A stretch of 64,000 nucleotides of DNA from Patescibacteria group bacterium (GCA_018816885.1 JAHIUS010000001.1:8028-72027); one strand, 5' to 3'. Positions 21,007-32,274 are shown, counted from the first letter of the stretch. Notes: generated by a model not told the origin, from the letters alone. Program-made: numbers and translations.

Positions 21007-21456
21007 TTACACTGCTTTCAGTGGGCAGTTGTTGTTTGCTAATTTCTTGAGCTTGCTAGCTTCGCCTAATAACTTTCCTAATATATTGGAGTTTTGTAAA
21101 GCTGTCAGCAGTTGGCATCTGAAGAGCGAAATTTCTCCTATTATTTCGCCTTCGCGAAGAGGGAATGAAATTTTATTTAATTCTGTTTTTAGTGCTTCGC
21201 TATCTATGCTGGGATTGCCGCGTACAATTTTTCTTAATTCCAAAATTAATGTCTCAAATGATATTGAGACTTCTTGGGGTGATTGGTATTGTTCCAGGTC
21301 AACTTCTCCTCCTAATTGGAATAAAGCACATGTACGAGGTGTTCTATCTTCTAAATATGTGCCTTGGTTATGTATGACTTCTTCTTTTGTGCCACAATGA
21401 GTTTCTGTATCAATTGTGGCTTCTTTTCCCCCGGGTAATTCTGCTCGATGAATCAT
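21007..21456 (-). CDS. Hypothetical protein
   Basis: 149-aa ORF with A-rich upstream and own promoter-like site; no family recognised. Confidence 0.65.
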   Translation of the reverse strand: MIHRAELPGGKEATIDTETHCGTKEEVIHNQGTYLEDRTPRTCALFQLGGEVDLEQYQSPQEVSISFETLILELRKIVRGNPSIDSEALKTELNKISFPLREGEIIGEISLFRCQLLTALQNSNILGKLLGEASKLKKLANNNCPLKAV

Positions 21457-21484
21457 TATTGTGTTTTATTAAAAACAAGAGCTT

Positions 21485-21512
21485 ATTTTATCTTCTATTT
21501 CTCTTTTGTCAA
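21485..21512 (-). promoter_or_regulatory. sigma70-like promoter for 21007-21456
   Basis: Minus strand TTGACA-16 bp-TAAAAT. Confidence 0.6.
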
Positions 21513-21532
21513 ATATCCTGAATTAACTTTTG

Positions 21533-22057
21533 CTAGATATAACTTTCCAGTATATCAACAAGTGTGTTGTTTGATTCGATGAAGGTGTTGTATGCGTCGT
21601 AGATTGTCGTGTCGTGTTCGGTTACGAGGCTGAGATCTTCCAGGTATAAGCCTGTTTTGTAATACTCGATCATTGCCAGATATTTTGCCAGGTATTCTTC
21701 TCCAAGAGAGATATAGTTTTGAAATTCCACTCTTACTTCTGTTTGCTGGGCCTCGTCTTTACTGCTTAGTTCCAAGATGCTTGCTGAGTTACTGATTATT
21801 TCTTTTGCCAAGTCGTAAGATGTTTCCATGTCTGTTGTGTCTATTTCAGACTCTTCGGTAACCAGGTCGGGGATGCTTATATCGTATACGAGAATGGTGT
21901 TTTCTATTGTTTCCGAGGTTTGATTCAGGGATTCTACAACTTTGTTGTTGTATTGGATAGGAGATAGTTTTTCAAAAAACTCCATATTGCATCCGGCTAG
22001 CAATATAAAGGAAATTGTTATGATCACTCCGATTAGTGAAACTATTATTTTTTTCAT
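21533..22057 (-). CDS. Putative lipoprotein, acidic and helical
   Basis: MKK + hydrophobic stretch + LAGC lipobox. Confidence 0.8.
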   Translation of the reverse strand: MKKIIVSLIGVIITISFILLAGCNMEFFEKLSPIQYNNKVVESLNQTSETIENTILVYDISIPDLVTEESEIDTTDMETSYDLAKEIISNSASILELSSKDEAQQTEVRVEFQNYISLGEEYLAKYLAMIEYYKTGLYLEDLSLVTEHDTTIYDAYNTFIESNNTLVDILESYI

Positions 22058-22084
22058 TTATTTTTGTTTAAAAAAACCACTTGA

Positions 22085-22113
22085 ATCGTAACGCATGGGC
22101 TTTTAGAAATCAA
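22085..22113 (-). promoter_or_regulatory. sigma70-like promoter for the lipoprotein gene
   Basis: Minus strand TTGATT-17 bp-TACGAT. Confidence 0.5.
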
Positions 22114-22125
22114 GCTTTGGAAAGC

Positions 22126-22572
22126 CTAAAACCTTGCATAGTGAGCGAATGCTTTATTGGCTGCGGCCATCTTGTGGGTATCCTCTTTCTTTTTCATTGC
22201 GGTACCTGTTTGGTTAGCTGCATCAAGTAGTTCCTGGGCCAGTCTTTTGTAGATCGGAGAGCCTTTTTTGTCTCTTGCCGCCAATAAAATCCAACGGAAT
22301 GCGAGCATGAGCTGCCTTTTTGGAGTTACTTCGATTGGGATTTGGTAAACTCCTCCTCCGATTCTTTTTGGTCTGACTTCCATGTTTGGCTTAATGTTTT
22401 CGATTGCCCTCTCAAATACCTGTATCGGATCTTTACTCCCTGTGTTTGCGAGTTCTTTCAAAGTGTCTGCGAAAATCTTGCGTGCGATGGTTTTCTTGCC
22501 ATCCAGCATTATGTAGTTGATGAATTTCTCTTGCAAAGGTGTTGAGTTTTGGGGAATGTATGTTGTTGGCAT
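22126..22572 (-). CDS. rpsG: 30S ribosomal protein S7
   Basis: FINYIM.DGKK..A, EVRPKRIGGG.YQIP, HKMA.ANKAFAHY. Confidence 0.98.
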   Translation of the reverse strand: MPTTYIPQNSTPLQEKFINYIMLDGKKTIARKIFADTLKELANTGSKDPIQVFERAIENIKPNMEVRPKRIGGGVYQIPIEVTPKRQLMLAFRWILLAARDKKGSPIYKRLAQELLDAANQTGTAMKKKEDTHKMAAANKAFAHYARF

Positions 22573-22599
22573 GTGGCTTATGGCTTATAGCGTATGGTG

Positions 22600-22634
22600 T
22601 GGGCATGGGGCAGAGGGCATGGGGCCTCTGTGGA
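22600..22634. repeat. Heptamers + truncated module A between rpsL and rpsG
   Basis: tgggcatggggcagagggcatggggcctctgtgga. Confidence 0.75.
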
Positions 22635-22639
22635 TTTTT

Positions 22640-23053
22640 TTATTCTTTTGGTCTTTTGGCACCGTAGAGAGAGCGGCTTTGTTTGCGGCCTTCTACTCCT
22701 TGGGTATCCATTGTACCTCTGATTATGTGATATTTAACACCAGGTAGATCTTTTACTCTTCCTCCTCGGATTGTTACTACCGAGTGTTCTTGAAGGTTGT
22801 GGCCTTCTCCCGGGATGTAAGCATTAACTTCTTCACCGTTGGTGAGTCGAACTCTTGCTACTTTACGAAGGGCTGAGTTAGGTTTCTTCGGTGTTTTGGT
22901 TGTTACTTTGGTACAAACTCCTCTTTTTTGCGGGCATGCAAGTCTGCTTGAGCTGTTTTTGATCGTGTTGGCGATCAGCTGCATAGCCGGAGATTTACTC
23001 TTGCGGACTTTCTTCTTTCGTCCTTTTCTGATGATTTGGTTTATTGTTGGCAT
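22640..23053 (-). CDS. rpsL: 30S ribosomal protein S12
   Basis: [26 protein letters not shown]. Confidence 0.99.
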   Translation of the reverse strand: MPTINQIIRKGRKKKVRKSKSPAMQLIANTIKNSSSRLACPQKRGVCTKVTTKTPKKPNSALRKVARVRLTNGEEVNAYIPGEGHNLQEHSVVTIRGGRVKDLPGVKYHIIRGTMDTQGVEGRKQSRSLYGAKRPKE

Positions 23054-23086
23054 GAGGCATAGGGCTTAGGGCATGGATGCTGGCGC

Positions 23087-23115
23087 AGTTTATAACAGTT
23101 TTACTGCCTGTGCAA
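23087..23115 (-). promoter_or_regulatory. sigma70-like promoter for rpsL
   Basis: Minus strand TTGCAC-17 bp-TAAACT. Confidence 0.55.
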
Positions 23116-23123
23116 GAGAATTT

Positions 23124-26100
23124 TTATTCTTGTTCGGCTATTCCGGCTCGTCGTCTGTAAACTTCACCGGCGGGGATTAGTTTACCGATAATGACATTTT
23201 CTTTCAGGCCTTTGAGTTCGTCTACTCTCTTAGTTGTTGCTGCTTCGACCAGTACTCTTATTGTTTCCTGGAATGATGCTGCTGAAAGCCAGCTTGGAGT
23301 GTGAAGCGAAATCCTAGTTAGTCCGAGGAGCAGTCTTTCGGTTTCGGCAGCTTCCTTACCTTCTTTTTTTGCCTCGGTATTAGCTTTTTCTATTCCAATC
23401 GCATCGGCGACTTCTCCCGGCAGATATTTGGTGTCGCCCGAGTTGACAATGCGAGCTTTTGAGAACATCTGTCTGACAATAATCTCGATATGTTTGTCGT
23501 TGATTGTTTGTCCTTGTGAGGCGTAGATGCTTTGGACTTCGGTCATGATGTATTTCTGAACCGCGTATCTGTCCGCCATTTTCAGAAGTTCGCGTAAGTT
23601 GCTGTGTCCCGCCGTCAATGGTGATCCGACTGCCACAAGGTCCCCGGTTTTTACTTTTAGTGTTCTGTTTAGAGGGATTTCGTAAACTTTTTCGACACTT
23701 TCGTCTGTTAGCACGACTATTGTGTTTTTTGTAATCTTTTTGACGGTTCCTTTTGTTTCGACGTTTATAATCTGTTTCTTGGTTTTCCCTTTAGCCAGGA
23801 TGTCGTCTACTTTTACTTTGTCGCCCACCTTGACTTTTATTTCATGTCCTTTTGCGAGGTGGTAGGTTTCTTCAATAGGATTGTCGCTTAGTATGGTGAT
23901 CTTGTTTGAAGAGGTTCCTTGTCGAAGTTTTGCTTTTCCGTTTAGCTCCGAGAGGATTGCAGGTGCTTTCGGAGGTCTTGCTTCAAAAAGTTCTTCTACT
24001 CGAGTAAGACCTTGCGTGATGTCCGATTCATCGGCGACACCACCCATGTGGAATGTACGCATGGTGAGCTGTGTTCCCGGTTCTCCGATCGATTGCGCAG
24101 CTATAATTCCGACCGCTGTTCCGCGTTGTACCGTTTTGTTTGTTCCGAGGTCTTTTCCATAACATTTTTGACAAATACCTCCTTCTGTCTGACATGTCAT
24201 TATGGATCTTACTGCTACGGTATCTATGTCTTTGTTCATGATATCTCTTACTTGTGAGTTTTCGAGTTGTGTTCCTTTTTTTATTAGGATTTCTCCGGTT
24301 TGCGGGTCTACCAGATTTTCAGCCAAGGTTCGTCCGAATATTCTGTGTTCGAAAGCTTCTCCGATTTTTTCGCTTTCTTCGGCTGTGATGTAGTGACTGT
24401 GATTGTTGCCGCAGTCATCTTCTTTAATTACAACATCCTGTACCGCATCAACCAGACGCCTTGTCAGGTAACCGGCTTCAGCAGTTTTCAAAGCTGTATC
24501 GGATTTACCTTTACGGCCTCCATGTGTTGCAATGAAGTACTCAAGAATAGTGAACCCTTCTTTCAGGTTGGATTTAATTGGAAGCTCGATTGTTCGTCCG
24601 GCCGGATTTGCAACCAGTCCTTTCATTCCGCAGAGCTGAGTGACCTGTCCCCAGTTACCACGAGCTCCCGAATCGATCATGTACAGAATGTCGTTTTCAG
24701 GGCTGAAGTTCTTGATCATGAAGGTTGCGAGATCTGATTTGGCGCGTGACCAGATTTTGATAGTTTGCGTGTATCTTTCATCATCTGTTACGAGGCCTTT
24801 CCAGTATTGATTGTTGATGTTTTTTACGATTTCCGTTGCTTTTTCTACTATTTCCGCTTTTTCCGCCGGAACTTCCATGTCTGATCCCGCTATCGAAAGT
24901 CCGGATAGTGTTGCGTATGTGAATCCGATTTTCTTGATTGCGTCTGAAAGTTTTACGCTTGTTTCGGAATCGGTTTTTTCTATTGATTCGGTTATGAGAT
25001 TTTTCAGGTCATTTTTTTTCATGACGTTGTTTTTGTATCTCAACTCTTCAGGAAGTATCTGATTGAATAAAACTCTACCTACTGAAGTTTCTGTTAATTC
25101 TCCGTTGATTCTTACCTTTATTTTTGCTTGAAGGTGTATATTTCCGAGTTCATGGGCGAGGATGGCTTCTTTTTCGTCGCTGAATATCATGCCTTCACCT
25201 TTTTTCTTGTCGTGGACTTGGGTTAGGTAGTAGCAACCCAGCACCATATCTTGACTGGCTGTGATAATAGGCATACCTGCCGATGGTTTCAGAAGGTTGC
25301 TTGTTGATGCCATTAGTTTTTTGGCTTCTTCCTGAGCTCTTTTTGATAAAGGTATATGAACGGCCATTTGATCTCCATCGAAGTCGGCGTTGAAGGCCGC
25401 ACATACCAACGGGTGGATTTGAATGGCTTTACCTTCTACCAGAACAGGTTGGAAAGCTTGGATCCCAAGTCTGTGGAGGGTAGGCGCTCTGTTTAGAAGC
25501 ACATAATGGCCCTGAGTGACTTCTTCCAGGATGTCCCATACTTCTTTTTTGCCCAGTGTTATTAGTTTTTCCGCGTTTTTGATGTTGTGGGCGTATCCGT
25601 TTTTGATCAATTTTCCTATTACGAAAGGCTTGAAAAGTTCAAGCGCCATCGCTTTTGGCAGTCCGCATTGGTTCAGTTTAAGTTTTGGGCCGACTACGAT
25701 TACACTTCGACCGGAATAGTCCACACGCTTACCGAGTAGGTTTTGTCGGAATCGTCCTTGTTTACCTTTCAACATATCCGATAGTGAGCGAAGTTTTCTT
25801 TTGTCTCCCGTGTTGAAAACCGTTCTGTTTTGACGAGCAGAGTTGTTTAATAAAGTGTCTACAGCTTCCTGCATCATTCTTTTTTCGTTCCTTGTGATTA
25901 CTTCCGGAGCACCGATTGCTATGAGCTTTTTCAGTCGGTTGTTTCTGTTGATTACTCTTCTGTAAAGATCGTTCAGGTCGGAAGCTGCGAAACGCCCTCC
26001 GTCAAGCTGAACCATCGGTCTTAAGTCCGGCGGAATTACCGGTAATATTTTCATGATCATCCATTCCGGCTTGATGCCCGCTTTTAGCGAAGATCCGATA

Positions 26101-26963
26101 AGTTTAATTCTTTTTATTAGTTTTTTCTTCTTTTGTCCGGTTGCTTTAACGCAATCTATTTCGAGTTGGTCTCGCAGCTCTTCGAGGTTCATGTTTTTTA
26201 TGATTTCCCGGAGTGCTTCCGCTCCTGTTCCGGCCTTGAAGATGTGTCCGAATTTCATAGAGATGTCCCGGTATTGGATCTCTGAAAGAACTGTTCCGGT
26301 TTTCAGTGCGGAAAGGTCGTCTTTTGCTTTTTGGTGTTGTTCGACGAGCTCTTCTATTTTCAGGGCGCTTTCCTTTTCGATTTCGGAAAGGAGTTTTTCC
26401 TTCTCTTTTTCAGGAATTCCTTTGTTTTTCTCGATTTCTTTAGTTTTTTCTTTGTGTTCTTTTGTGAGGTTTTTTTTGTAATTTTGAAACTCATCTTTCA
26501 ATTGTTCTTGCGCTTCTTCCCGTGCTTTTGCATCAACATTTGTAACTATGTACGCCGCGAAGTAAACCACTTGCTCGAGAGTTTTTACAGGCAAATCAAG
26601 CAGCAGTCCGATACGACTTGGTGTTGATCTCAAAAACCAGATGTGTGTTACCGGTACAGCGAGTTTTATGTGCGCCATCCTTTCTCTTCTGACGATTGAC
26701 CGGGTTACTTCGACTCCGCATTTTTCACAGACCACCCCTTTGTATCTGACTCTTTTGTATTTCCCGCAACAACATTCCCAGTTTTTTGTAGGGCCGAAAA
26801 TTCTTTCACAGAAAAGACCGTCTTTTTCCGGTTTTTGGGTTCTGTAGTTTATGGTTTCCGGTTTTTTTACTTCGCCGTGAGACCAGGCCAAAATGTCTTC
26901 AGGTGAAGCTACGGAGATGGCTACTGAATCGAATGTTACCGGAGCTTTTTTGTTGTTTTGCAT
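23124..26963 (-). CDS. rpoC: RNA polymerase subunit beta'
   Basis: [32 protein letters not shown]. Confidence 0.99.
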   Translation of the reverse strand: MQNNKKAPVTFDSVAISVASPEDILAWSHGEVKKPETINYRTQKPEKDGLFCERIFGPTKNWECCCGKYKRVRYKGVVCEKCGVEVTRSIVRRERMAHIKLAVPVTHIWFLRSTPSRIGLLLDLPVKTLEQVVYFAAYIVTNVDAKAREEAQEQLKDEFQNYKKNLTKEHKEKTKEIEKNKGIPEKEKEKLLSEIEKESALKIEELVEQHQKAKDDLSALKTGTVLSEIQYRDISMKFGHIFKAGTGAEALREIIKNMNLEELRDQLEIDCVKATGQKKKKLIKRIKLIGSSLKAGIKPEWMIMKILPVIPPDLRPMVQLDGGRFAASDLNDLYRRVINRNNRLKKLIAIGAPEVITRNEKRMMQEAVDTLLNNSARQNRTVFNTGDKRKLRSLSDMLKGKQGRFRQNLLGKRVDYSGRSVIVVGPKLKLNQCGLPKAMALELFKPFVIGKLIKNGYAHNIKNAEKLITLGKKEVWDILEEVTQGHYVLLNRAPTLHRLGIQAFQPVLVEGKAIQIHPLVCAAFNADFDGDQMAVHIPLSKRAQEEAKKLMASTSNLLKPSAGMPIITASQDMVLGCYYLTQVHDKKKGEGMIFSDEKEAILAHELGNIHLQAKIKVRINGELTETSVGRVLFNQILPEELRYKNNVMKKNDLKNLITESIEKTDSETSVKLSDAIKKIGFTYATLSGLSIAGSDMEVPAEKAEIVEKATEIVKNINNQYWKGLVTDDERYTQTIKIWSRAKSDLATFMIKNFSPENDILYMIDSGARGNWGQVTQLCGMKGLVANPAGRTIELPIKSNLKEGFTILEYFIATHGGRKGKSDTALKTAEAGYLTRRLVDAVQDVVIKEDDCGNNHSHYITAEESEKIGEAFEHRIFGRTLAENLVDPQTGEILIKKGTQLENSQVRDIMNKDIDTVAVRSIMTCQTEGGICQKCYGKDLGTNKTVQRGTAVGIIAAQSIGEPGTQLTMRTFHMGGVADESDITQGLTRVEELFEARPPKAPAILSELNGKAKLRQGTSSNKITILSDNPIEETYHLAKGHEIKVKVGDKVKVDDILAKGKTKKQIINVETKGTVKKITKNTIVVLTDESVEKVYEIPLNRTLKVKTGDLVAVGSPLTAGHSNLRELLKMADRYAVQKYIMTEVQSIYASQGQTINDKHIEIIVRQMFSKARIVNSGDTKYLPGEVADAIGIEKANTEAKKEGKEAAETERLLLGLTRISLHTPSWLSAASFQETIRVLVEAATTKRVDELKGLKENVIIGKLIPAGEVYRRRAGIAEQE

Positions 26964-26993
26964 TTGGAGTGTTTAATTAAAGTTGTAAATTGT

Positions 26994-27080
26994 GGGGTAT
27001 AGGGCATAGGGCATGCGGCATAGGGCATGCGGCATAGGGCATGCGGCATAGGGCATGCGGGCCTGATGGCCCTCGGTGGA
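26994..27080. repeat. Long AGGGCAT/GCGGCAT heptamer array + module A upstream of rpoC
   Basis: (agggcat gcggcat)x3 within about 9 heptamers, then gcgggcc-tgat-ggccctcggtgga. Confidence 0.92.
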
Positions 27081-27086
27081 GTGGGT

Positions 27087-28052
27087 TTAAGAGAAGATTA
27101 ATTCTTTTAGGAAATAAAAATATACTAGGAGATAGAGACCTCCTTCGAAAAGAGAGATATGCTTGCTTAGGCTTGAGAAGACAAGGAATGCAGTTGCGGT
27201 TATCAAGAAAACTACTCCGACCGAAAGCATTATATCCGGTATGATTAATGTTCCGAAAAGTCCCGAAACCCCCATTACCATTGTGCTGTTGAAAATATTT
27301 GATCCGAATATATTACCGAGAACCATCCCTGCTTGTTTTTTTCTTGCTGCCTGGATTGATACTACCAATTCCGGCAGGGAAGTTCCTATCGCTATAACGC
27401 TTCCGGCGACTACGGCGGTTCCGATATTCAGTATTTGAGAGATTTTTACGACAGATTCTACTGTCCAGTTCGCGCTTATTGCTATGAATATGGTTGATAT
27501 TAGAATAATAACAGGGATGTGCCAGTGTAGTTTTTTCTTTGGTATATCTTTTGTCGTTTGTTTTACCCGGGCTTCGAGGTTTTTTTCAGATTTGTGGCTG
27601 TGGATTAGATAAGCAATATATATGATATAAGCCAATATCATTATGATGGCTTCTACCAGCGTGAAAACTCCGTCTCTAACCGATATGAATAAAATTGCCG
27701 TTATGCATACAAGTATTGGTATGTCGAGGTTTTCGCTTAACTTTCTGTTATAAAGAGAGTTTCCCGATGCAAGTGCGGCAAGTCCTACTACAAGAAGTAT
27801 GTTTGTGATATTTGATCCTATTACATCTCCACTTACTATTTCGCTGTGTCCTTGAATTACTGCTATTATTGAAGTTATAAGTTCAGGCATTGATGTTCCT
27901 AAACTTACTATCGTTGCGCCGATAATAAATTGAGAGACACCAAGAGCTACTCCGGCTTTTTCTGAATATGCCGTAAAATAGTCGGCAGACTTGACCAGTA
28001 CGGCCAGGCTGATAAGCATTATCAGGGTCCAAATTATTAATTCGTGAGACAT
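27087..28052 (-). CDS. Calcium/sodium antiporter (CaCA, YrbG-like); start corrected to MSHEL
   Basis: Two GTS[ML]PEL alpha-repeats and GSNI.N motifs; about 10 TM helices. Confidence 0.93.
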   Translation of the reverse strand: MSHELIIWTLIMLISLAVLVKSADYFTAYSEKAGVALGVSQFIIGATIVSLGTSMPELITSIIAVIQGHSEIVSGDVIGSNITNILLVVGLAALASGNSLYNRKLSENLDIPILVCITAILFISVRDGVFTLVEAIIMILAYIIYIAYLIHSHKSEKNLEARVKQTTKDIPKKKLHWHIPVIILISTIFIAISANWTVESVVKISQILNIGTAVVAGSVIAIGTSLPELVVSIQAARKKQAGMVLGNIFGSNIFNSTMVMGVSGLFGTLIIPDIMLSVGVVFLITATAFLVFSSLSKHISLFEGGLYLLVYFYFLKELIFS

Positions 28053-28125
28053 AGGGTGTGGGGCATTGGGTATTGGGCATGTGGGCCTGACGGCCATCTA
28101 TGGGTGGCCCCGCCTTGGCGGGGCC
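28046..28125. repeat. Heptamers + module A + module C
   Basis: ggggcattgggtattgggcatgtgggcc...; ggccccgcc-tt-ggcggggcc at 28106-28125. Confidence 0.8.
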
Positions 28126-28134
28126 GGTTGATTG

Positions 28135-28704
28135 TTATAGTCCGAGATCCATGTCGATGTCGGCTTTGTCGTCTTCTTCTTTCTCTTCTTTCTCTTCTTT
28201 CTCTGTTTTTTTCTCTTCAGAAGCATCCTCTTCTATTGGTTCTTCGACTGGAGTTTCTTCGGCGACTTCTTCTTTTTCTGTTTTTTCCTCTGTTTCTTCT
28301 TCAGGTGCTTCAATAGAGGCGTTTTCGATCATTGGTTGTTCGGTTGCTGGGATATAATCGTCTTCGTCTTGGCCGCGTTTTTCAAGCATTATCAGGTCTT
28401 GAACGATTACTTCCGTTTTGAATTTTTTGACTCCTTCGGGAGTATCCCAGCTGCGAGTTTTCAAGTATCCTTCTATGTATAGAAGTTTCCCTTTTCGGAC
28501 ATATTTTTCACAGATGTCCGATAGGCGTGACCAGGCTACAAGTTCGTGGAATTCGGCCATGTTGTGTTTTTCTCCGTTTGAGGTTATCCATTGCCGGTTT
28601 GTTGCAAGTCCGAATGTGCAGACCGCTTGGCCGCTTCCGGTTTGTCGTACTTCGGGGTCCCTTGTTACATTCCCTATCAGTACTACTTTGTTTACACTTC
28701 TCAT
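28135..28704 (-). CDS. ssb: Single-stranded DNA-binding protein with long acidic tail
   Basis: SVNKVVLIGN..RDPE.R, ATNR.W, KG.L.YIEG.L.TRSW. Confidence 0.95.
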   Translation of the reverse strand: MRSVNKVVLIGNVTRDPEVRQTGSGQAVCTFGLATNRQWITSNGEKHNMAEFHELVAWSRLSDICEKYVRKGKLLYIEGYLKTRSWDTPEGVKKFKTEVIVQDLIMLEKRGQDEDDYIPATEQPMIENASIEAPEEETEEKTEKEEVAEETPVEEPIEEDASEEKKTEKEEKEEKEEDDKADIDMDLGL

Positions 28705-28732
28705 GTTTTTATGGTTAAGATGTAGAGTTTTC

Positions 28733-31700
28733 TTATTTATCAATTATGATTTCTTCTTCTTCAATGATTTCTTCTCTTCCGTAAGTTTCTTCTTCCTCTT
28801 CTTCAAGAGCTTTTCCTTGTTTGGTTTGCATGAGTTCGACGCTTAGGCCGAGACTTTGCAGCTCTTTTACGAGTACATTGAAACTTTCCGGTGTTCTTGG
28901 TTTTCTGATCGGTTCATCTTTTACTATAGATTCGTAGGCTTTTGCGCGGCCGTATACATCATCGGATTTGATTGTTAGCATTTCCTGAAGTGTGTGAGCT
29001 GCTCCGTAAGCTTCGAGCGCCCATACTTCCATCTCTCCGAATCTTTGTCCTCCATGTTGTGCTTTACCTCCCAGAGGCTGCTGCGTGACGAGAGAGTAAG
29101 GTCCTACCGATCTTGCGTGAATTTTGTCTTCAATCAAGTGGTTCAGTTTCATTATGTATGTAATTCCGACTGTTGTTTCGTGGTCGAAAGGTTCACCGGT
29201 GCGGCCGTCATAAAGCTGAATTTTCCCTGATGCAGGGAGATTGGCTTCATCTAACAGCTCTAAGGTTTGCTTGTTGGTTACGCCATCCAGGGCAGGTGTT
29301 GCGATTTTGAAGCCCAGTTCTTTGGCCGCCCATCCCAGATGGGTTTCCAGGATCTGCCCGATATTCATACGACTGGTTACGCCGAGAGGGTTAAGTATGA
29401 TGTCAACAGGGCGTCCGTCCGGCAAATGAGGCATATCTTCGACAGGTACGATGATGGAGATGACACCTTTGTTGCCGTGTCGTCCCGCTACTTTGTCTCC
29501 GACCGATACTCTTCTTGTTTGTGCGACATTTACTTTGATTTGTTGGTTTACGCCGGTTGGGAGTTCATCGCCTTCTTTTCTGTCAAAAACCTGGATGTTT
29601 ACAACTTTTCCTCCTTCTCCTCCAGGCAGTCTTAATGAGGCGTCTTTTACATCGCGGGCTTTTTCTCCGAAAATCGATCTGAGCAGACGCTCTTCCGCAG
29701 TTAGTTCAGTTTCTCCTTTCGGTGTGATTTTACCTACCAAAATGTCTCCTTCACGAACTGCAGCTCCGATTCGCACAATGCCTTTTTCGTCGAGGTCTTT
29801 CAGTTTTGCTTCACCCACATTCGGGATATCGCGAGTGATAACCTCCGGTCCGAGCTTGGTATCGCGGATGTCGACTGTAAATGTCTCGATGTGTACCGAG
29901 CTGTATGTGTCTTTGTGAACGAGTTTTTCCGATAAAATTACGGCATCTTCGAAGTTGTATCCCTGCCAGCTCATATAGGCTACAAGCAAGTTTTGGCCCA
30001 AAGCGAGTTCGCCGTCTTCCGTTGCCGCTCCGTCCGCGAGGACATCGCCTTTTTTAACTTCCTGACCTTTTACGCAAGTTGCTCTTTGATGGAAGCAGGT
30101 TGCTTGGTTTGATCTTTCGTAAACTCTCAGGTTGTAAGTCTTCTTTTTGCCGTTTGAATACATCACTGTGATTTCGTCGGCGTCTACATAACGGACTGTT
30201 CCGCCCCCTTCGGCCAAGATGACTTGTCCGGAACTTTCAGCCGTGATTTTTTCCATACCCGTTCCTACTACAGGTGAGTGAGGTTTTAAAAGTGGGACAG
30301 CTTGACGCTGCATGTTCGATCCCATCGATGCTCGAGTATTATCGTCGTGCTCAAGAAACGGGATCAAAGATGTTGTTACGGAAATGATCTGTTTCGGGGA
30401 TACGTCGATGTGTGTGAGATCTTTGTGATGTGTAAGGACAGCTTCACTTCCCAGTCGAGAGGCGACACGGTTTTGGGTAAATTCCCCTTTTTCGGTAAGT
30501 TCGGAGTTTGCTTGCGCGATCGCCAGTTCCATTTCGTCTTCGGCATCGTAATATGTAACTTCGTTTGTGACATAAGTTCTTACAGGCACTACCTTGAGAT
30601 CTTTAATTTTCGTTAATTTTTCCGCGATCTCTTTTGTGATTTTGATTCCGGATTTGACGATAGATTTATTCCCGTCCTTAATTTCTCCTGCGGCTGTTCG
30701 GTTGACCAGGTCTTTTATTGTATTTGGACATTCTCTTGAAACTTTTTGAAAAGGAGTTTCGATGAATCCGTATTTGTTGATTTTGGCATAAGTTGCGAGA
30801 TGGACAACAAGTCCGATATTCGGCCCTTCCGGTGTGGCGATAGGACAAATTCTTCCATAGTGAGAGGTGTGTACATCGCGAACATCGAATGATGCTCTTT
30901 CTCTTGATAGTCCACCCGGCCCCATTGCAGACAGACGTCTTTTGTGAGCGAGTTCTGCAAGCGGGTTGGTTTGATCCATGAATTGCGATAGTTGCGAGCT
31001 TGCGTAAAACTCTCTAAGCGCGGCTGTGATCGGTCTTGAGTTGATAAGTTGTGTCGGAGTGATCGCATCCAGTTCCATTACCGTCATTCGATCTTTTGCG
31101 ATACGATCTGTTCTTAGTAGTCCGACTCGGAATTTGTTTTGTACGAGTTCGCCGACTGTTCTGATTCTTCTGTTTGCAAGATGATCGATGTCGTCCGGTT
31201 TTCCATTGCCGTTGTTTAGATTGATTAGGTGGCGGAGGATGAGGATCATGTCCTCTACCTGGAATGTGTGGTATTTTTTATTGTTTGGGGTATCGAGTTC
31301 GAATCTGCGGTTTAGTTTGTAGCGGGCGACTTCTCCCATGTCGTATTTTTTGTAGTCAAAAAACATCGATTCGATAAGTGCTTTTGCGTTTTCCGGTGTC
31401 GCGAGGTCTCCCGGGCGGATTTTCTTGTAGATGCTTTTGTAAGCTTCGTCGACGGTTTTTGCCGTGTCTTTTTGAAGCGTTAGGAAGATGTAGTCGTTTA
31501 TCGGGTCTTTCGTGATGTCTTTGAAAAGATCCATAATTTTTTTATCCGTGTCGTATCCGAAAACTCTGAGCAGGGAAGTAATATGGATTTTGCGTTTGCG
31601 GTCGATTTTTACCGTGATGATACCTTTTTTGTCGGTTTCCACTTCGAGCCATGCGCCTCTTTTTGGAATGATTTTTGCGTTGTGCAGTCCGGGTGCTGCG

Positions 31701-32152
31701 GAATTTTTTGAGAAAAATACTCCCGGTGATCTTACGAGCTGACTAACTACAACTCTTTCGATACCGTTAATAATGAAAGTTCCCGCGTCTGTCATTAGAG
31801 GGATGCTGCCTAAAAAGACATCCTGTTCTTTGATTTCGCCGCTTTCTTTGTTGATAAGTTGTACATGGACTTTTAAAGGGGCTTCGTAGGTTAAGTTTTT
31901 CTCCCTGCATTGTGCCGGTGAGTATTTGGCTTCACCGGTTTCATGATTTAAGAGATGAAGTTCCAATTTTTTACCTGAAAAGTCTGTGATTGGAGAAACC
32001 TCATCGAGAAGTTCGCGAATTCCGTTCTTGAGGAACTCTTCATAGCTGTTGAGTTGAATCTCGATAAGGTTTGGTAGAGGATAAACAAAAGGATCCTCCT
32101 TTAAAAAGACTCTTCCATTTGAGCCTCTTGCGGGTGTTTTTGTGTTAGGCAT
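28733..32152 (-). CDS. rpoB: RNA polymerase subunit beta (start corrected to MPNTK)
   Basis: SQFMDQTNPL, GDK.AGRHGNKG, GGQRFGEMEVWALEAYGA. Confidence 0.99.
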   Translation of the reverse strand: MPNTKTPARGSNGRVFLKEDPFVYPLPNLIEIQLNSYEEFLKNGIRELLDEVSPITDFSGKKLELHLLNHETGEAKYSPAQCREKNLTYEAPLKVHVQLINKESGEIKEQDVFLGSIPLMTDAGTFIINGIERVVVSQLVRSPGVFFSKNSAAPGLHNAKIIPKRGAWLEVETDKKGIITVKIDRKRKIHITSLLRVFGYDTDKKIMDLFKDITKDPINDYIFLTLQKDTAKTVDEAYKSIYKKIRPGDLATPENAKALIESMFFDYKKYDMGEVARYKLNRRFELDTPNNKKYHTFQVEDMILILRHLINLNNGNGKPDDIDHLANRRIRTVGELVQNKFRVGLLRTDRIAKDRMTVMELDAITPTQLINSRPITAALREFYASSQLSQFMDQTNPLAELAHKRRLSAMGPGGLSRERASFDVRDVHTSHYGRICPIATPEGPNIGLVVHLATYAKINKYGFIETPFQKVSRECPNTIKDLVNRTAAGEIKDGNKSIVKSGIKITKEIAEKLTKIKDLKVVPVRTYVTNEVTYYDAEDEMELAIAQANSELTEKGEFTQNRVASRLGSEAVLTHHKDLTHIDVSPKQIISVTTSLIPFLEHDDNTRASMGSNMQRQAVPLLKPHSPVVGTGMEKITAESSGQVILAEGGGTVRYVDADEITVMYSNGKKKTYNLRVYERSNQATCFHQRATCVKGQEVKKGDVLADGAATEDGELALGQNLLVAYMSWQGYNFEDAVILSEKLVHKDTYSSVHIETFTVDIRDTKLGPEVITRDIPNVGEAKLKDLDEKGIVRIGAAVREGDILVGKITPKGETELTAEERLLRSIFGEKARDVKDASLRLPGGEGGKVVNIQVFDRKEGDELPTGVNQQIKVNVAQTRRVSVGDKVAGRHGNKGVISIIVPVEDMPHLPDGRPVDIILNPLGVTSRMNIGQILETHLGWAAKELGFKIATPALDGVTNKQTLELLDEANLPASGKIQLYDGRTGEPFDHETTVGITYIMKLNHLIEDKIHARSVGPYSLVTQQPLGGKAQHGGQRFGEMEVWALEAYGAAHTLQEMLTIKSDDVYGRAKAYESIVKDEPIRKPRTPESFNVLVKELQSLGLSVELMQTKQGKALEEEEEETYGREEIIEEEEIIIDK

Positions 32153-32274
32153 GTGAATAGTTGTTAGTTGTAAGTGAGTGTGGAGTTTCAAGCACCCAGT
32201 GCCAAGTGAGTGGGGTTTCGCCTGGTGGCGAAACGGCTTGATTGGTAGTGGAGTCGCTTTCGCGGCCAGGCAAT

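Noticed and set aside
23124..32152. Inteins or introns in rpoB/rpoC
   Set aside because: Lengths and motif spacing look normal and no splice-junction motifs were seen
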